From Polyangiaceae bacterium (GTDB lineage Bacteria; Myxococcota_A; Polyangia; Polyangiales; Polyangiaceae), in the NCBI GenBank assembly GCA_046351435.1, contig JAXLYN010000037.1:12977-76976 (forward strand): DNA of 64,000 bases, read 5' to 3'. The notes under the pieces are model-generated. The model was given only the letters and a program-made list of their open reading frames with translations. It ran no database searches and was not told the origin of the DNA. This document shows, piece by piece, positions 8,108 to 26,363 of this stretch. Each line of letters starts with the position of its first letter. Within the stretch, counting starts at the first letter, position 1. A program made the translations under genes and the position numbers.

Positions 8108-9948
8108 AGTCTGAATCGCCCTTCGACGATGTCGGTCCAGAGGTCCGGAGTCAGTCGCACGTAGCCGTCGTCGACCCGGACGAAGAGCGGATCGTCCACT
8201 CGATTCGGATCCACGCCACCGGTCCTGAGCTCCATCTTCTGGATCTTGAAGGTGCCCGTGGTGGAGAGGCGTGGCAGCACTCGGACGAAGCGCGGTTGCG
8301 CATAGCCAGGCAGGCCCTGAGCGGCCTGCCAGAAGCTGGCAGGGTCGAATTCGCCGTCGATCTCCAGGGCCGCGAGGCCCGCCTGACCTTCGGCGCCCGG
8401 CACGGGCACGCTCGAGACGGTGGCCGAGCGCACACCCTTGGCGACGCTGATCACTTCGGCGACCTCGGCCGTCGAGACGTTCTCGCCCTTCCAACGGTAG
8501 GTGTCGCCGATCCGATCCACGAAGTAGAAGTAGTCGTTCTCGTCGAAGCGCATCAGATCGCCGGAACGGAAATAGCGATCGCCCGGCTTGAACACGTCTC
8601 GGAGCTGCTTCTTCTCGGTGGCCGCGGTGTCGGTGTACCCGCGGAATTCGCCGAGCGCGGTGCGGGGCGTGTCCTTCAGGCGGATGAGCAGCTCGCCGAC
8701 TTCACCGGGCCCACAAAGGACGCAGTGCCCTTCGGCATCCCGTACGAGCTCGTCGCGCTCCACGTCGTAGCGGGCGAGGCGCAGCGCGCCGAGGCGACGG
8801 AACGGAACGTGGCCGATGGAACCCACCTTGCCGGTCAAGTTGGCGATGAGGCCGGGCGCTTCGGTCGCGCTGTAGAACTCTCGAATCGAAGCCACCTGGA
8901 ACCGGCGAGCGAACTCCTCCCACACGTCCGAGCGCATGCCGTTGCCGACCGCGACGCGGAGCGGGTTTTCGCGCTCGAGCTCGGAGGGGTCGCTGTTCAC
9001 GAGATAGCGACAGAGCTCGCCGATGTAGAGCATGGCCGTGGCTCGATAGCGCTGGACGTCGGGCCAGAATGCGCGGGCGCTGAAGCTCCTGCGGAGCGCG
9101 AGCGGCGTGCGCGTCATGACGCAAGCGCCCGTTCCGATGAGCAGTGCGCTCGAGTGGTAGAGCGGGAGTACGCAGTAGAGCTTGTCCCCCGGTCGGAACT
9201 CGAACAAGAGCTGCCCGAAGGCAGCGCCGGCCAGCACCGAGCGCGCGTGGGTCACCCGGCACGGCTTCGGCAGCCCCGTCGTCCCGGAAGTGAAGATGTA
9301 GACGAAGTCACTCGCGGCATCGAGCCGGGCGCGGGCGCGCGAGTCGTGGGCGCGGGCCGCCCGTTCCTCGAGCTCGCCGCGATCGAAGCCGATGATCTTC
9401 TCGAGGCCCGTGTCGCCTAGCTCCGTCACGCGCTCGACGAAGCTCTGCTGCACGAGGCCAACTCGCGCGTTCGACGACCGCATGGCGTGCCCGAGCGGCA
9501 CGCCGTCGAGATGGAAGTTGATGAGAGACGCCGTGGCTCCGAGGCGCGAGATGCCGAAGAGCGCGCTGAGAAATCGCGGCGAGTTTTCGCCCATGAGCAC
9601 GACGACGTCGCCGGCGCGAACGCCCTCGCTCGACAACACACTGGCGATCCGCCCCGCCTCCTCGTCGAGCTCCGCCCAGGTCAGCTGCTCGTCGTCCATT
9701 TCGATCGCGAGTCCGTCGGGGTCGACCCGAGCGTTCTCGCCGAGCATCCGCACGAGGGACTCGTCGCGCCCTTCTCTCGCGCGCACGAGCCACGGGAGCG
9801 TCTTGGTCAAGGCGATGGGCCCGGTGTGGAGGGCCGAAAGCAGGGTCTCTCTCCAGGTCGGGTCTCCACGACGCTTGGCGACGTCGACCACGGTGCCCCG
9901 CAGGGCCTCCAGGGTCTCGAGGATGTCCGACCGAAAGTCGGTGGGCAT
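8104..9948 (-). CDS. FATP-type (very-)long-chain acyl-CoA synthetase
   Basis: ORF track, 614 aa. AMP-binding motif YIFTSGTTGLPK and the FATP signature DRIGDTYRWKGENVSTAEV. Confidence 0.85.
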   Translation of the reverse strand: MPTDFRSDILETLEALRGTVVDVAKRRGDPTWRETLLSALHTGPIALTKTLPWLVRAREGRDESLVRMLGENARVDPDGLAIEMDDEQLTWAELDEEAGRIASVLSSEGVRAGDVVVLMGENSPRFLSALFGISRLGATASLINFHLDGVPLGHAMRSSNARVGLVQQSFVERVTELGDTGLEKIIGFDRGELEERAARAHDSRARARLDAASDFVYIFTSGTTGLPKPCRVTHARSVLAGAAFGQLLFEFRPGDKLYCVLPLYHSSALLIGTGACVMTRTPLALRRSFSARAFWPDVQRYRATAMLYIGELCRYLVNSDPSELERENPLRVAVGNGMRSDVWEEFARRFQVASIREFYSATEAPGLIANLTGKVGSIGHVPFRRLGALRLARYDVERDELVRDAEGHCVLCGPGEVGELLIRLKDTPRTALGEFRGYTDTAATEKKQLRDVFKPGDRYFRSGDLMRFDENDYFYFVDRIGDTYRWKGENVSTAEVAEVISVAKGVRSATVSSVPVPGAEGQAGLAALEIDGEFDPASFWQAAQGLPGYAQPRFVRVLPRLSTTGTFKIQKMELRTGGVDPNRVDDPLFVRVDDGYVRLTPDLWTDIVEGRFRL

Positions 9949-10002
9949 GCGGCGGCTAGGCTACCTCAGCTTCCGAACCGCGCGGCGAGGGAAACCGGCG
10001 GA

Positions 10003-10164
10003 TCAGGCGCGGCGCCGACTCGCGCGCAACCCCAGCCGGACGGCGTCGTCTACCAAGCCGCCGTCGCGCTCGCGCCGGGAGCGCCCCATCAACCACACCA
10101 CGAACCCCGCCTCCAAGAGCATGATTCCGACGAAGGCGGCGTCGAGCCCCAGAGCTCCGAGCAT
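10003..10164 (-). CDS. Possible 53-aa small membrane protein
   Basis: Inner part of track ORF 10003..10347. ATG at 10164 is preceded by GGGAGG at a 5-nt spacing. Reads MLGALGLDAAFVGIMLLEAGFVVWLMGRSRRERDGG. GC3-rich. Confidence 0.35.
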   Translation of the reverse strand: MLGALGLDAAFVGIMLLEAGFVVWLMGRSRRERDGGLVDDAVRLGLRASRRRA

Positions 10165-10452
10165 GCGTACCTCCCACGATCCGCGTATCGACAATTGCGC
10201 GCTCGGGCCAAGATTTCGGCGCATGACGCGGAGCGCCGCGCGCACGAACATCGGGCAAAAACCACGGAAAAATCCCTGCGTTGTTCCGCGGAGGGCCGCT
10301 GCGCTATAGCTCGCGCCACGCGATCGTGAAGCAGAGCGACGAGACAACGACCGTCGGCGGCGGGGCCGAAGAGCGCGCTCGCCTCACGGGAGCGCGATGA
10401 TTCGGAAGAGGCTGACGAGAGTGGGGGACCAAGCGACGCGTGAGGTTCGGAC

Positions 10453-11799
10453 GTGAACCTGCCGGCTGAAGCGGGCCTCGCGGAGCCGACGCCGGCGCTC
10501 GACCCCTGGATGGGGCTCGCCGTGGGCCTGCTCCTCATCGCGGCCAATGGCTTCTTCGTGGCCGCCGAGTTCGCGCTCGTGAAGGTGCGGCCCACCCAGA
10601 TCCAGCCCCGAGCGGAGAAGGGCGAGTGGCGGGCTCGTATGGCCGAGCGCGTCCTGGGCAGCCTCGACTCGTACCTGTCTGCGGCCCAGCTCGGCATCAC
10701 CCTCGCTTCGTTGGCGCTGGGCTGGATCGGCGAGCCCGCATTCGCCTGGATTCTGCGGCCGGTGTTCGAGCACATCCCGGGAGCGAGTCCTCGGATGTTG
10801 CACTCGGCGAGCATAACCGTGGCGTTCTTCACCATCACGGTGCTCCACATCGTGCTCGGCGAGCAGGCCCCGAAGTGGCTCGGTATCAAGAACCCCGAAT
10901 CGGTGAGCCTGTGGGTATCGGTACCCATGTACCTGTTCCACAAGCTCACCTTCCCCCTCACGTGGCTCTTGAACCACGCCACGAACGCGGTGCTCCGCCT
11001 GGTGGGCATCGATTCGACCGGAGCCGGCCACTCCGATCACAGTGAAGAGGAGCTTCGCCTCCTGCTTTCCTCGGGACACTCGGGGCGACTGTCGAAGCAG
11101 AAGCGCGAGCTCTTGGACAACGTGTTCGAGCTGTCTCACCGCACGGCGCGACAAGTCATGGTGCCTCGGGCCGACGTGACCTACCTGTCACTGCACCGCT
11201 CCTTGGAGCGGAACCTGGAGATTGCGCGTCAGACCGAGTTCACGCGGTTCCCGCTGTGCCGCGAGGACCTCGATCAGGCCGTCGGTATCGTCCACATCAA
11301 GGATCTCTTCAGGAGCACCGAGCTCCCCGAATCGCTCGAAGCGGTGAAGCGCGAGATCCACTTCGTTCCGGAGACGCTGACCCTCGATCGCTTGCTACGC
11401 CGCATGCGCAAGGAGCGTGAGCACCTGGTGGCGGTAGTCGACGAATACGGTGGCGTCAGCGGGATCGTGACGTTGGAGGACGTAATCGAAGAAATCGTCG
11501 GACAGATCCAGGACGAATTCGATCAAGAAAAGCCGGACATCGTCAAAGAGCAGGAGAACGTCTACCGCGTGTCGGGCAGCATGCTGGTGGTGGACCTCGA
11601 AGACGCTCTGAACGTCGAGTTCAGCGAGCGCGACGAAGACACCATCGGAGGCGTGGTGCTCTCCGAGCTCGGTCGTCAGCCCAAGGTCGGGGATCGCGTC
11701 GAGGTCGGTGAGGTGCGCTTCGAGGTCCTCGAGACCAGTCGTCGCCGAATCGGCTCACTCCTCGTGACGGTGCGTCACGCCCAGGCCAAGGGCGGCTGA
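10453..11799 (+). CDS. CNNM/CorC/TlyC-family transporter (DUF21 + CBS pair + CorC_HlyC)
   Basis: ORF track, 448 aa. N-terminal 4-TM DUF21-like region (FFVAAEFALVKVR), a central CBS-like region and a C-terminal CorC-type domain (YRVSGSMLVVDLEDAL...GDRVEVGEVRFEVLE). Confidence 0.85.
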   Translation: MNLPAEAGLAEPTPALDPWMGLAVGLLLIAANGFFVAAEFALVKVRPTQIQPRAEKGEWRARMAERVLGSLDSYLSAAQLGITLASLALGWIGEPAFAWILRPVFEHIPGASPRMLHSASITVAFFTITVLHIVLGEQAPKWLGIKNPESVSLWVSVPMYLFHKLTFPLTWLLNHATNAVLRLVGIDSTGAGHSDHSEEELRLLLSSGHSGRLSKQKRELLDNVFELSHRTARQVMVPRADVTYLSLHRSLERNLEIARQTEFTRFPLCREDLDQAVGIVHIKDLFRSTELPESLEAVKREIHFVPETLTLDRLLRRMRKEREHLVAVVDEYGGVSGIVTLEDVIEEIVGQIQDEFDQEKPDIVKEQENVYRVSGSMLVVDLEDALNVEFSERDEDTIGGVVLSELGRQPKVGDRVEVGEVRFEVLETSRRRIGSLLVTVRHAQAKGG

Positions 11800-11818
11800 G
11801 CGGCCCGGCTCAGAGCAG

Positions 11819-12301
11819 TCAGCCGCCTTCGTCGTGTTGAGCCAAGCGCGCCGCTCGGGCCGCCTCGAGACGTTCGTCGAGGGTGCGCCTCAGCACCCGA
11901 AGCTCGAAGCGCTCGGGGCGCGACTCTTCGCCGGCGATCTCGCGCACGACCTCGTCGGCGCGCTGGCGCGGAGCGGGTGGGACACCGAGCCCCACCGCCA
12001 ACTGATCGAGCGCCTCCTGGGTCCTGACCGAAGCCTCGCCGTCGAGCGTCGCGATCCAGGACGCGACTGCGTACACGAACAGCCGATCGGATTTCGACAT
12101 CTTCATTCGATCGACCACGCCGACGTCGACGCGGTTTCTCACCGCTTCTTCGAGCTTCTGTAGTGATTCGATGTCGAGTCCCTCTTCGGCTGCCATGCGC
12201 AAGATGGCATCCGCTGCCTGCCGGGTGAGCTCTCCGTCCGCCCAGCCCACGGCGGCCAGCGCGATGTACACGTCGAGCCCGAGGATGGGGTTCGTCGCCA
12301 T
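11819..12301 (-). CDS. TerB-like domain protein (tentative)
   Basis: ORF track 11819..12421. Start placed at ATG 12301 (MATNPILGLDVYIALAAVGWADGELTRQAADAILRMA), giving 160 aa. The ADGE-containing helical pattern resembles the TerB family. Confidence 0.45.
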   Translation of the reverse strand: MATNPILGLDVYIALAAVGWADGELTRQAADAILRMAAEEGLDIESLQKLEEAVRNRVDVGVVDRMKMSKSDRLFVYAVASWIATLDGEASVRTQEALDQLAVGLGVPPAPRQRADEVVREIAGEESRPERFELRVLRRTLDERLEAARAARLAQHDEGG

Positions 12302-12468
12302 GTCGGCCCAGACTACACCGGACGAGCACCGGCCGAGAACGCCGCTCTCGTTCCCCGGAGAAGCCCGGACTCCGCGAGTTCTGCACCCCCGAGACGCGGG
12401 ATGGTCGGGCCAATCTTCCATCTCCGACTTGAAAAGCGGACCGAGACAGCCGAAAACGCGGATCTCGC

Positions 12469-14106
12469 ATGGGCTCCACCCCTCCGCCGCCCGCGCTCGT
12501 TCCAGGTCAGCTCCTGGACCGGTACGAGCTCCTCTGCCCTGTCGCCCAAGGCGGCATGGCTCAGGTGTGGGTCGCGCGGCTCCAGGGCAAGCTCGGCTTC
12601 GAGCGCCTCGTCGCCATCAAGACGATGATCGCGGGCCAGGCCTACGACGAGAAGCTCGAGAAGATGTTCCTCGACGAGGCGCACATCATCGCGCGCATTC
12701 GCCACCCGAACGTCGCTCAGATCCTCGACCTCGGACACCAGGGCAGCATCATGTTCCTGGTCCTCGAGTGGGTCGACGGCGAGTCCGCCGCCACGTTGCG
12801 CCGCGCGGTCCACGGCAAGGGCGAGAAGATGCCGTTGAACATCGTGCTCCGGCTCGTGGCCGACAGCTGCGCCGGGCTGCACGCGGCCCACGAGCTGAAG
12901 AACGACCGCGGTGAACCGCTGAACGTGGTCCATCGCGACGTGTCCCCCTCCAACATCTTGGTGAGCGTCAGCGGAGAGGTGAAGCTCATCGACTTCGGCG
13001 TCGCGAAGGCCGTCGAGCGCGTCTCGGACGAGACCGCCGCCGGAGTCATCAAGGGCAAGGTCGCCTACATGGCGCCGGAGCAGGCGCTCGGGAAGGCCGT
13101 CGACCGCCGCGCAGACGTTTGGTCCTGCGGGATCATGCTCTATCACCTGCTCGCGGGCCGCACGCCGTACGAAGCCGACAACCAGATCGCGACGCTCCAC
13201 CGAGTCGTGCAGGGGCTGCCTCCGGACCCGGTCCCCGGGATCCCGCCGGAAGTGGCAGAAATCGCCTACACCGCGCTGTCCTATACGCCGGGTGGACGCT
13301 ACGCGACGGCCGACGAAATGCAGCGCGCAGTGGAGTCCGCCCTCGCCAAGTGTTGCGGGCCGACCACGCAGGCCGACGTCGCGGCATACGTGAACGCGAA
13401 GCTCTCCGAACGCTTCGCAAAACGGAAACGCACGATTCAGCGTGCCCTCGAGGCCGCGGAGCAGCGCAAGCAGCTCAACGAAGAGTTCGAGAACGCCATC
13501 GAGCAATCGAGCAGCAGCATGTACGCGGCGCTGGAGCTGAAGACGCCGTCGTCGCTGCCGGGACTTACAGACTCGCGAGCTTCGACCGACGACGTGGACG
13601 CGTTGATCGGCGAGACATCGCCGAACCCGCCGACCGAACCCGTCGAGGTCAGCGCTGACTCCCCTGCTTTCTCCGACGCGCCTACGCTGAAGAAGCCGCC
13701 CAAGAATCTGCCGGACATTCCGGTGCCGGTCTCCATCCGACAGACGGGACCGCTGCCTCCGCTGCCGAAACCGCCCCAGTCGGATCGCCCACCACCGCCC
13801 CAAGCCGACGCGCCGCTTCCTCCAATCCCCAAGGCGCCACCCGTGGAGGCGGAGTCCGTACCGAAGCCGGCGTTGAAGGTCGCAGCCCCGTCGCGACCCG
13901 TGATCATCGCCGCGGAGGAGCTGCCCTCTCCGCGGGAGTTCCACTCGATCCCCGACACGTCGAAGTTCGGGACTCACCGCCGTGGACCTCTGGTTTTCGT
14001 GGGTTTCCTCGCAGCGCTCCTGGTGTTGGGCTACGGCGCCTACCTCGCTTGGGAGAAGTTCGAGGCCGAACGCAACATGCAGGCTCCACCCCCCGGGACG
14101 CGCTGA
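12469..14106 (+). CDS. Ser/Thr protein kinase with Pro-rich linker and C-terminal TM
   Basis: ORF track, 545 aa. Contains YELLCPVAQGGMAQVW, VAIK, HRDVSPSNILV, DFGVAK and APE. C-terminal TM is LVFVGFLAALLVLGYGAYLAW. Confidence 0.9.
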   Translation: MGSTPPPPALVPGQLLDRYELLCPVAQGGMAQVWVARLQGKLGFERLVAIKTMIAGQAYDEKLEKMFLDEAHIIARIRHPNVAQILDLGHQGSIMFLVLEWVDGESAATLRRAVHGKGEKMPLNIVLRLVADSCAGLHAAHELKNDRGEPLNVVHRDVSPSNILVSVSGEVKLIDFGVAKAVERVSDETAAGVIKGKVAYMAPEQALGKAVDRRADVWSCGIMLYHLLAGRTPYEADNQIATLHRVVQGLPPDPVPGIPPEVAEIAYTALSYTPGGRYATADEMQRAVESALAKCCGPTTQADVAAYVNAKLSERFAKRKRTIQRALEAAEQRKQLNEEFENAIEQSSSSMYAALELKTPSSLPGLTDSRASTDDVDALIGETSPNPPTEPVEVSADSPAFSDAPTLKKPPKNLPDIPVPVSIRQTGPLPPLPKPPQSDRPPPPQADAPLPPIPKAPPVEAESVPKPALKVAAPSRPVIIAAEELPSPREFHSIPDTSKFGTHRRGPLVFVGFLAALLVLGYGAYLAWEKFEAERNMQAPPPGTR

Positions 14107-14146
14107 CAGCTTCTCGCTGCGGTCTTCGCCATCGGCCACGGTTCGA

Positions 14147-14197
14147 CAAAAACGGCGACGGGGCCGGCCGCGGGCTGGCCCCGTCGATCTCGTTTTC
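14147..14197. terminator. Bidirectional intrinsic-terminator-like hairpin between convergent genes
   Basis: CAAAAAC-GGC-GACGGGGCC...GGCCCCGTC-GATCTCGTTTTC. GC-rich 9-bp stem (14157-14165 / 14177-14185) flanked by an A-run on the left and a T-run on the right. Confidence 0.55.
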
Positions 14198-14309
14198 TAG
14201 TCTTCTAGACGCGCGCGCGACGCGGTCGTGGTCGAGCGAGCGCGCACTCTTCGGGCTCGCGCTCCAGGCGCGCGCACCACGCTGGTACGCGCGCACCGGG
14301 CGGAGCGCG

Positions 14310-15962
14310 TCACTGCCCTTTGCCGACCAGCTTGAAGGTCGAGCTCGCGGCCCAGCCTCGCACCATCACGTGCACCGCAGAGTCGGTGTTCAGGCTCAGG
14401 CTGCAGCTCTCCTTGGAGCCGGCCTTGTAGGGACGGCAATCGTAGAGCTTCGTGGTCGGGGCCGAGCCGACGCGCACGTACAGGTCGGCGTCGCCGGTTC
14501 CGGTCATGTCGAAGCGGTAGCTACCCTTGGCCAAGACCGGCGTTTCGAAGCGCACTTCCTTGGACTTCGCGACGCTGCCCCCTTCGCTCATGCCGGTCCA
14601 CGGCACGGGAGTGCCTCCGCCACCGCCGCCGGGAACGAACACGTTGTCCTGCTCGCCGGTCACGAGGATGACCTGAGAGGGATCGACGTCCTTGAAGATC
14701 TGCTCGTAGGTCTTGGGCTCGGCGTAGGCGAGGAGGCCGTTGACGAAGGCCATCGTCGCTTCGGAGTCCGAGCGGAAGTACGCCGGCATCGCGTTGATGA
14801 TCATGTCGAGGTACTTGGTGCCCGTCGGATCATCCGGGTTGATGGCCGCGTGATCCTGCCAGAGCTCCGAATCGACGTACGCGTAGCTGTCGCAGCCGTT
14901 CTCGAAGAAGATGGCGTACTGCCCCTTGGCCCACTTGCCCTTCTGCGCGAGGGCGCGGATGTTGGCGCCGAGGCCGGCGTGACCGTTGTAGACGACGAAG
15001 TCGGCGGTGGTGGACAGCGCCTCGTAGCGGTCGTCGAACACCGGGCCCGCCGTCCTCACGTTGTCGACGAGGAGCGCGTAGATCTCCACCTTCTTGCCAT
15101 CGGGCAGGGTGGCGCGGAACTCGATGTCGGGGGTTGCGACGCCGGGATTCACCGGCACGGTCGCCGGAACGGTGGTGAGCTGGGCGCCGAACTTCGCCTT
15201 CACGGACGCGACGAACTCGTTGTAGGCCGAAATGCCGGCGTCCGAGCTGGCAGTGGCGCCGTCCTCGTACTTGCCGAAGATCGCCACGGTCTTGAACAGG
15301 TTGTCTTCCCAGACCTTGTTGTACTCGGGATACTTACCGGTGGTGTTGACGCTGCTCACCTTCACGGTCGCGCTCGCGGTGTAGATGTCCGCAGCGTCGA
15401 GGCGGCAATCGGAGTCGAACGGCCGGTAGTAGTACCACATGCTGCCGGAGTCGACGTCGTGCGCGCCCCAGTCCACGCAGCTCGCCTTGTACTTCTCGGT
15501 GAACTTCTCGTACCCGTTGTAGCTCGCGTCGCGCGGAATGCGGAGCTCGTACTTGGTCGGGACGTTGTTCTTCTTGCCCCACGCGACCGGCATCTTGGCG
15601 TGGTAGGTGATCTTCTTGCCACCCGCGGCGTCGGTGGTCTTCACGTTGGTGAGCTCGAGCTTGTCGAGACGACCGACGCTGTTGTCCGCGTTCAGGTGAC
15701 CGATGGTGTAGAGGAGCTGGTTCTCGATGGTGCTCTCGATGTTCCAGGCGGAGTCGACGGTCGCCTCTCCATCCCACTCGAAGTCGACCACCACGGCCTG
15801 CACGCTCGAGTCGGCCTTGCCCTCTTCGGGCTTCACCAGATCTTCGTCCGCGATGGTTTGCGAACCGCTGCCACCACCCGGTTCCGAAGCATCCACCGCG
15901 CAAGCGGCAGCGAGCGACAAGAAGCAGGGAGCGATGAGACCCGAGAGCTTGGCGAGGCGCAT
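14310..15962 (-). CDS. Lipoprotein with C-terminal PPC (pre-peptidase C-terminal) domain
   Basis: ORF track, 550 aa. Lipobox LSLAAAC. The C-terminal 100 aa (GSYRFDMTGTGDADLYVRVGSAPT...VHVMVRGWAASSTFKL) matches the PPC-domain pattern. Confidence 0.75.
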   Translation of the reverse strand: MRLAKLSGLIAPCFLSLAAACAVDASEPGGGSGSQTIADEDLVKPEEGKADSSVQAVVVDFEWDGEATVDSAWNIESTIENQLLYTIGHLNADNSVGRLDKLELTNVKTTDAAGGKKITYHAKMPVAWGKKNNVPTKYELRIPRDASYNGYEKFTEKYKASCVDWGAHDVDSGSMWYYYRPFDSDCRLDAADIYTASATVKVSSVNTTGKYPEYNKVWEDNLFKTVAIFGKYEDGATASSDAGISAYNEFVASVKAKFGAQLTTVPATVPVNPGVATPDIEFRATLPDGKKVEIYALLVDNVRTAGPVFDDRYEALSTTADFVVYNGHAGLGANIRALAQKGKWAKGQYAIFFENGCDSYAYVDSELWQDHAAINPDDPTGTKYLDMIINAMPAYFRSDSEATMAFVNGLLAYAEPKTYEQIFKDVDPSQVILVTGEQDNVFVPGGGGGGTPVPWTGMSEGGSVAKSKEVRFETPVLAKGSYRFDMTGTGDADLYVRVGSAPTTKLYDCRPYKAGSKESCSLSLNTDSAVHVMVRGWAASSTFKLVGKGQ

Positions 15963-16783
15963 GGTGTCGTTCCTTTTCGAAGTGGGACCATCCCGCCGAC
16001 TCGCGTGGGCCGGGGACCGCGTTCCCCGAGAAGTTGCCCACTTGGTGCGATTCGGTATGTGCGTGTGTAACTAGCACCCACATGTACGCACTCGCAACCA
16101 CTATTTTTCCTTCCAGTGATAACCATACGATATTATTAGCTAATACTGAGCACGCACCGCCTTGAATACGAGGAAGGTCGCGAGGGTGGAGGCACGTGTG
16201 CGTGGCGCCGCGGCTGTCCGCGGCCTCCAGTGGTCGGCTGCGCTCCAGTGGTCGGCTGCGCTGCGCTGCCGCTGACCACTCGCCGCCCAAAGGCATTCGC
16301 TCGTTGCGACGTAGCCGCGGGCGTCGGCGCGGTTGGAGACGCTCGCGCACGAGAATCGTCGATGTCTACACGGCGTTCCAGCTCTTCGTGCTCGTGAGCG
16401 GCGACATGCTCGTTCTCTCCGTCGGCGTCCATGCGATGGAGGCCACGGCAAGTGCGCAGTGAGAACCTCACCCGAGACCGAGAGCGTCTGGAGCGGGGAT
16501 CGAAGTTTCGCAGACGGACGGGTGGAATGGCCCAGTGCCCCTGGGGACCGACGAGATGCTGAAGTTCGTGTCATCGGTCGCGGGTGACGCTGCTCGCGCC
16601 AGCGCTTCCGCTCCGTCGTTGCCATCGCAAGCTGCGATGAACCTGGCAGACATCGACAGAGAGCCACCAAGATTCCTGTGCGTCACGTTTGGTTCATCCC
16701 TTGCGCACACGCTTCCCCCCTCACAGGCGACTCACGGATTCAACCCACGTTTCAAAGCCTCCCGCTTCGTGTAGGCTGAACCC

Positions 16784-17386
16784 ATGCGAACGACATGGGT
16801 TCGGTATCTCGGTCTCGGAGTGGTGCTGGCAGCGGGCGCGGTATTCGCGACTGCATGCGGCAGTGACGACAGCGGTGGTGGGAACAACAACACCGGAGGC
16901 ACGAGCGGCTCTGGAGGCTCGGGCGGTTCCGATGGCGGTGGCGCCACCGGCGGCGGTGGCACGGGCGGAGCGAGCGGCTCGGGCGGCAGCGCTGGGGGCT
17001 GTCCAGCAGCGCCCACGACCGCGGGCGAAGCCGAGTGCAACACGTGTCAAGACGACCAGCACCTCGACTGTGCTTGCGACGCCGAGATCGTCGCGTGCAC
17101 CGACGACACCGACTGCTCGGCGATTTGGGACTGCGTGGTGGCGGATCCCGCCTGCGGCGAGTTCACCGTGGATTGTGCCCTCGCCATCCACCAGTGCATC
17201 GCCGCGAACTCGGCAGGGAAGGCGAAGTACCTCGCCATGGAGAAGTGCGGTTCGTGCGCGTATTGCGGAGTCGCTTGCGAGACTACGGACTTCTGCGCAG
17301 CCCTCGACAACCCGCCCGACGGTGGCGGCAGCGACGGCGGCGGCGACGCGAGCACCGACTCGAGCAGCGACTCGGCGACGGATTGA
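16784..17386 (+). CDS. Cys-rich secreted lipoprotein with Gly/Ser linker
   Basis: ORF track, 200 aa. Lipobox VFATAC, a G/S-rich linker, then a domain with about 16 Cys. Confidence 0.7.
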   Translation: MRTTWVRYLGLGVVLAAGAVFATACGSDDSGGGNNNTGGTSGSGGSGGSDGGGATGGGGTGGASGSGGSAGGCPAAPTTAGEAECNTCQDDQHLDCACDAEIVACTDDTDCSAIWDCVVADPACGEFTVDCALAIHQCIAANSAGKAKYLAMEKCGSCAYCGVACETTDFCAALDNPPDGGGSDGGGDASTDSSSDSATD

Positions 17387-17610
17387 GCGGGCGCTTCGCT
17401 CGGGCTGAAACGCGAGCACGAGCCGGGCGGCAGCGAGCCAGCTTCGGAGAGAGACGGCGTCTTCCGGGACGCCGTCGAGCTCGGCAGCCGAGACGACGGC
17501 TGCCTTCTGTGCCGTCGTGAGGACGCCGCGATCGTCGAGCGAATGCTCGGCGCGGGACCGGCTCATCGCTTCGGTCCGCCGCTCGCCGATCAGGGCGAGG
17601 ACCCAGCCAA

Positions 17611-17650
17611 GCAAAACGAGGCGTCCGACCGGAGGGTCGAACGCCTCGTT
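17611..17650 (-). terminator. Intrinsic terminator downstream of rpoC
   Basis: On the minus strand: AACGAGGCGTTCGACC-CTCC-GGTCGGACGCCTCGTT followed by TTGC. The stem is 16 bp with one G-U pair, and the U-tract is short. Confidence 0.6.
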
Positions 17651-17675
17651 CGCGTTTCGAGAGCCGAGCGCTCGC

Positions 17676-21938
<4,263 letters not shown>

Positions 21939-21953
21939 GGTTCATCTCCCTCA

Positions 21954-26086
<4,133 letters not shown>

Positions 26087-26298
26087 TGTTCCTCCGATGG
26101 GAGTCACGGGACCGCGCGGGGAGCGCGGGGTGGACCGAGAGGGGTCCGAAGGGCCCTCGTGGGGCCGAAAGAATCGATGGAGTCGCTGGGACGCGCCGCC
26201 GAGTCACGGCGACAAAACGCCAGCGCGGCGGCACACCACGGCTTTCACGTGGCGGCCACGCGCGGGCGAAGCGAAAAAACGGGAAGAGGAGATCAAGC

Positions 26299-26349
26299 GG
26301 AAAAGCTCCGGGGCAGAGGGGACCCGAGCGACGAGCGCTCGAGCCCCGG
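26299..26349 (-). terminator. Hairpin/attenuator candidate in the rplL-rpoB spacer
   Basis: Minus strand: CCGGGGC-(28 nt, itself partly self-complementary)-GCCCCGG followed by AGCTTTTCC. A partial terminator at this position is known in E. coli. Confidence 0.4.
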
Positions 26350-26363
26350 TGCCCCGAGGAACC

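Noticed and set aside
16136-16471. Track ORF 16136..16471(-) in the 820-bp gap as a gene
   Set aside because: Its third-position GC is only about 65%, against a much higher value I would expect in real genes here (eyeball estimate). The sequence is low-complexity and contains the 18-bp duplication.
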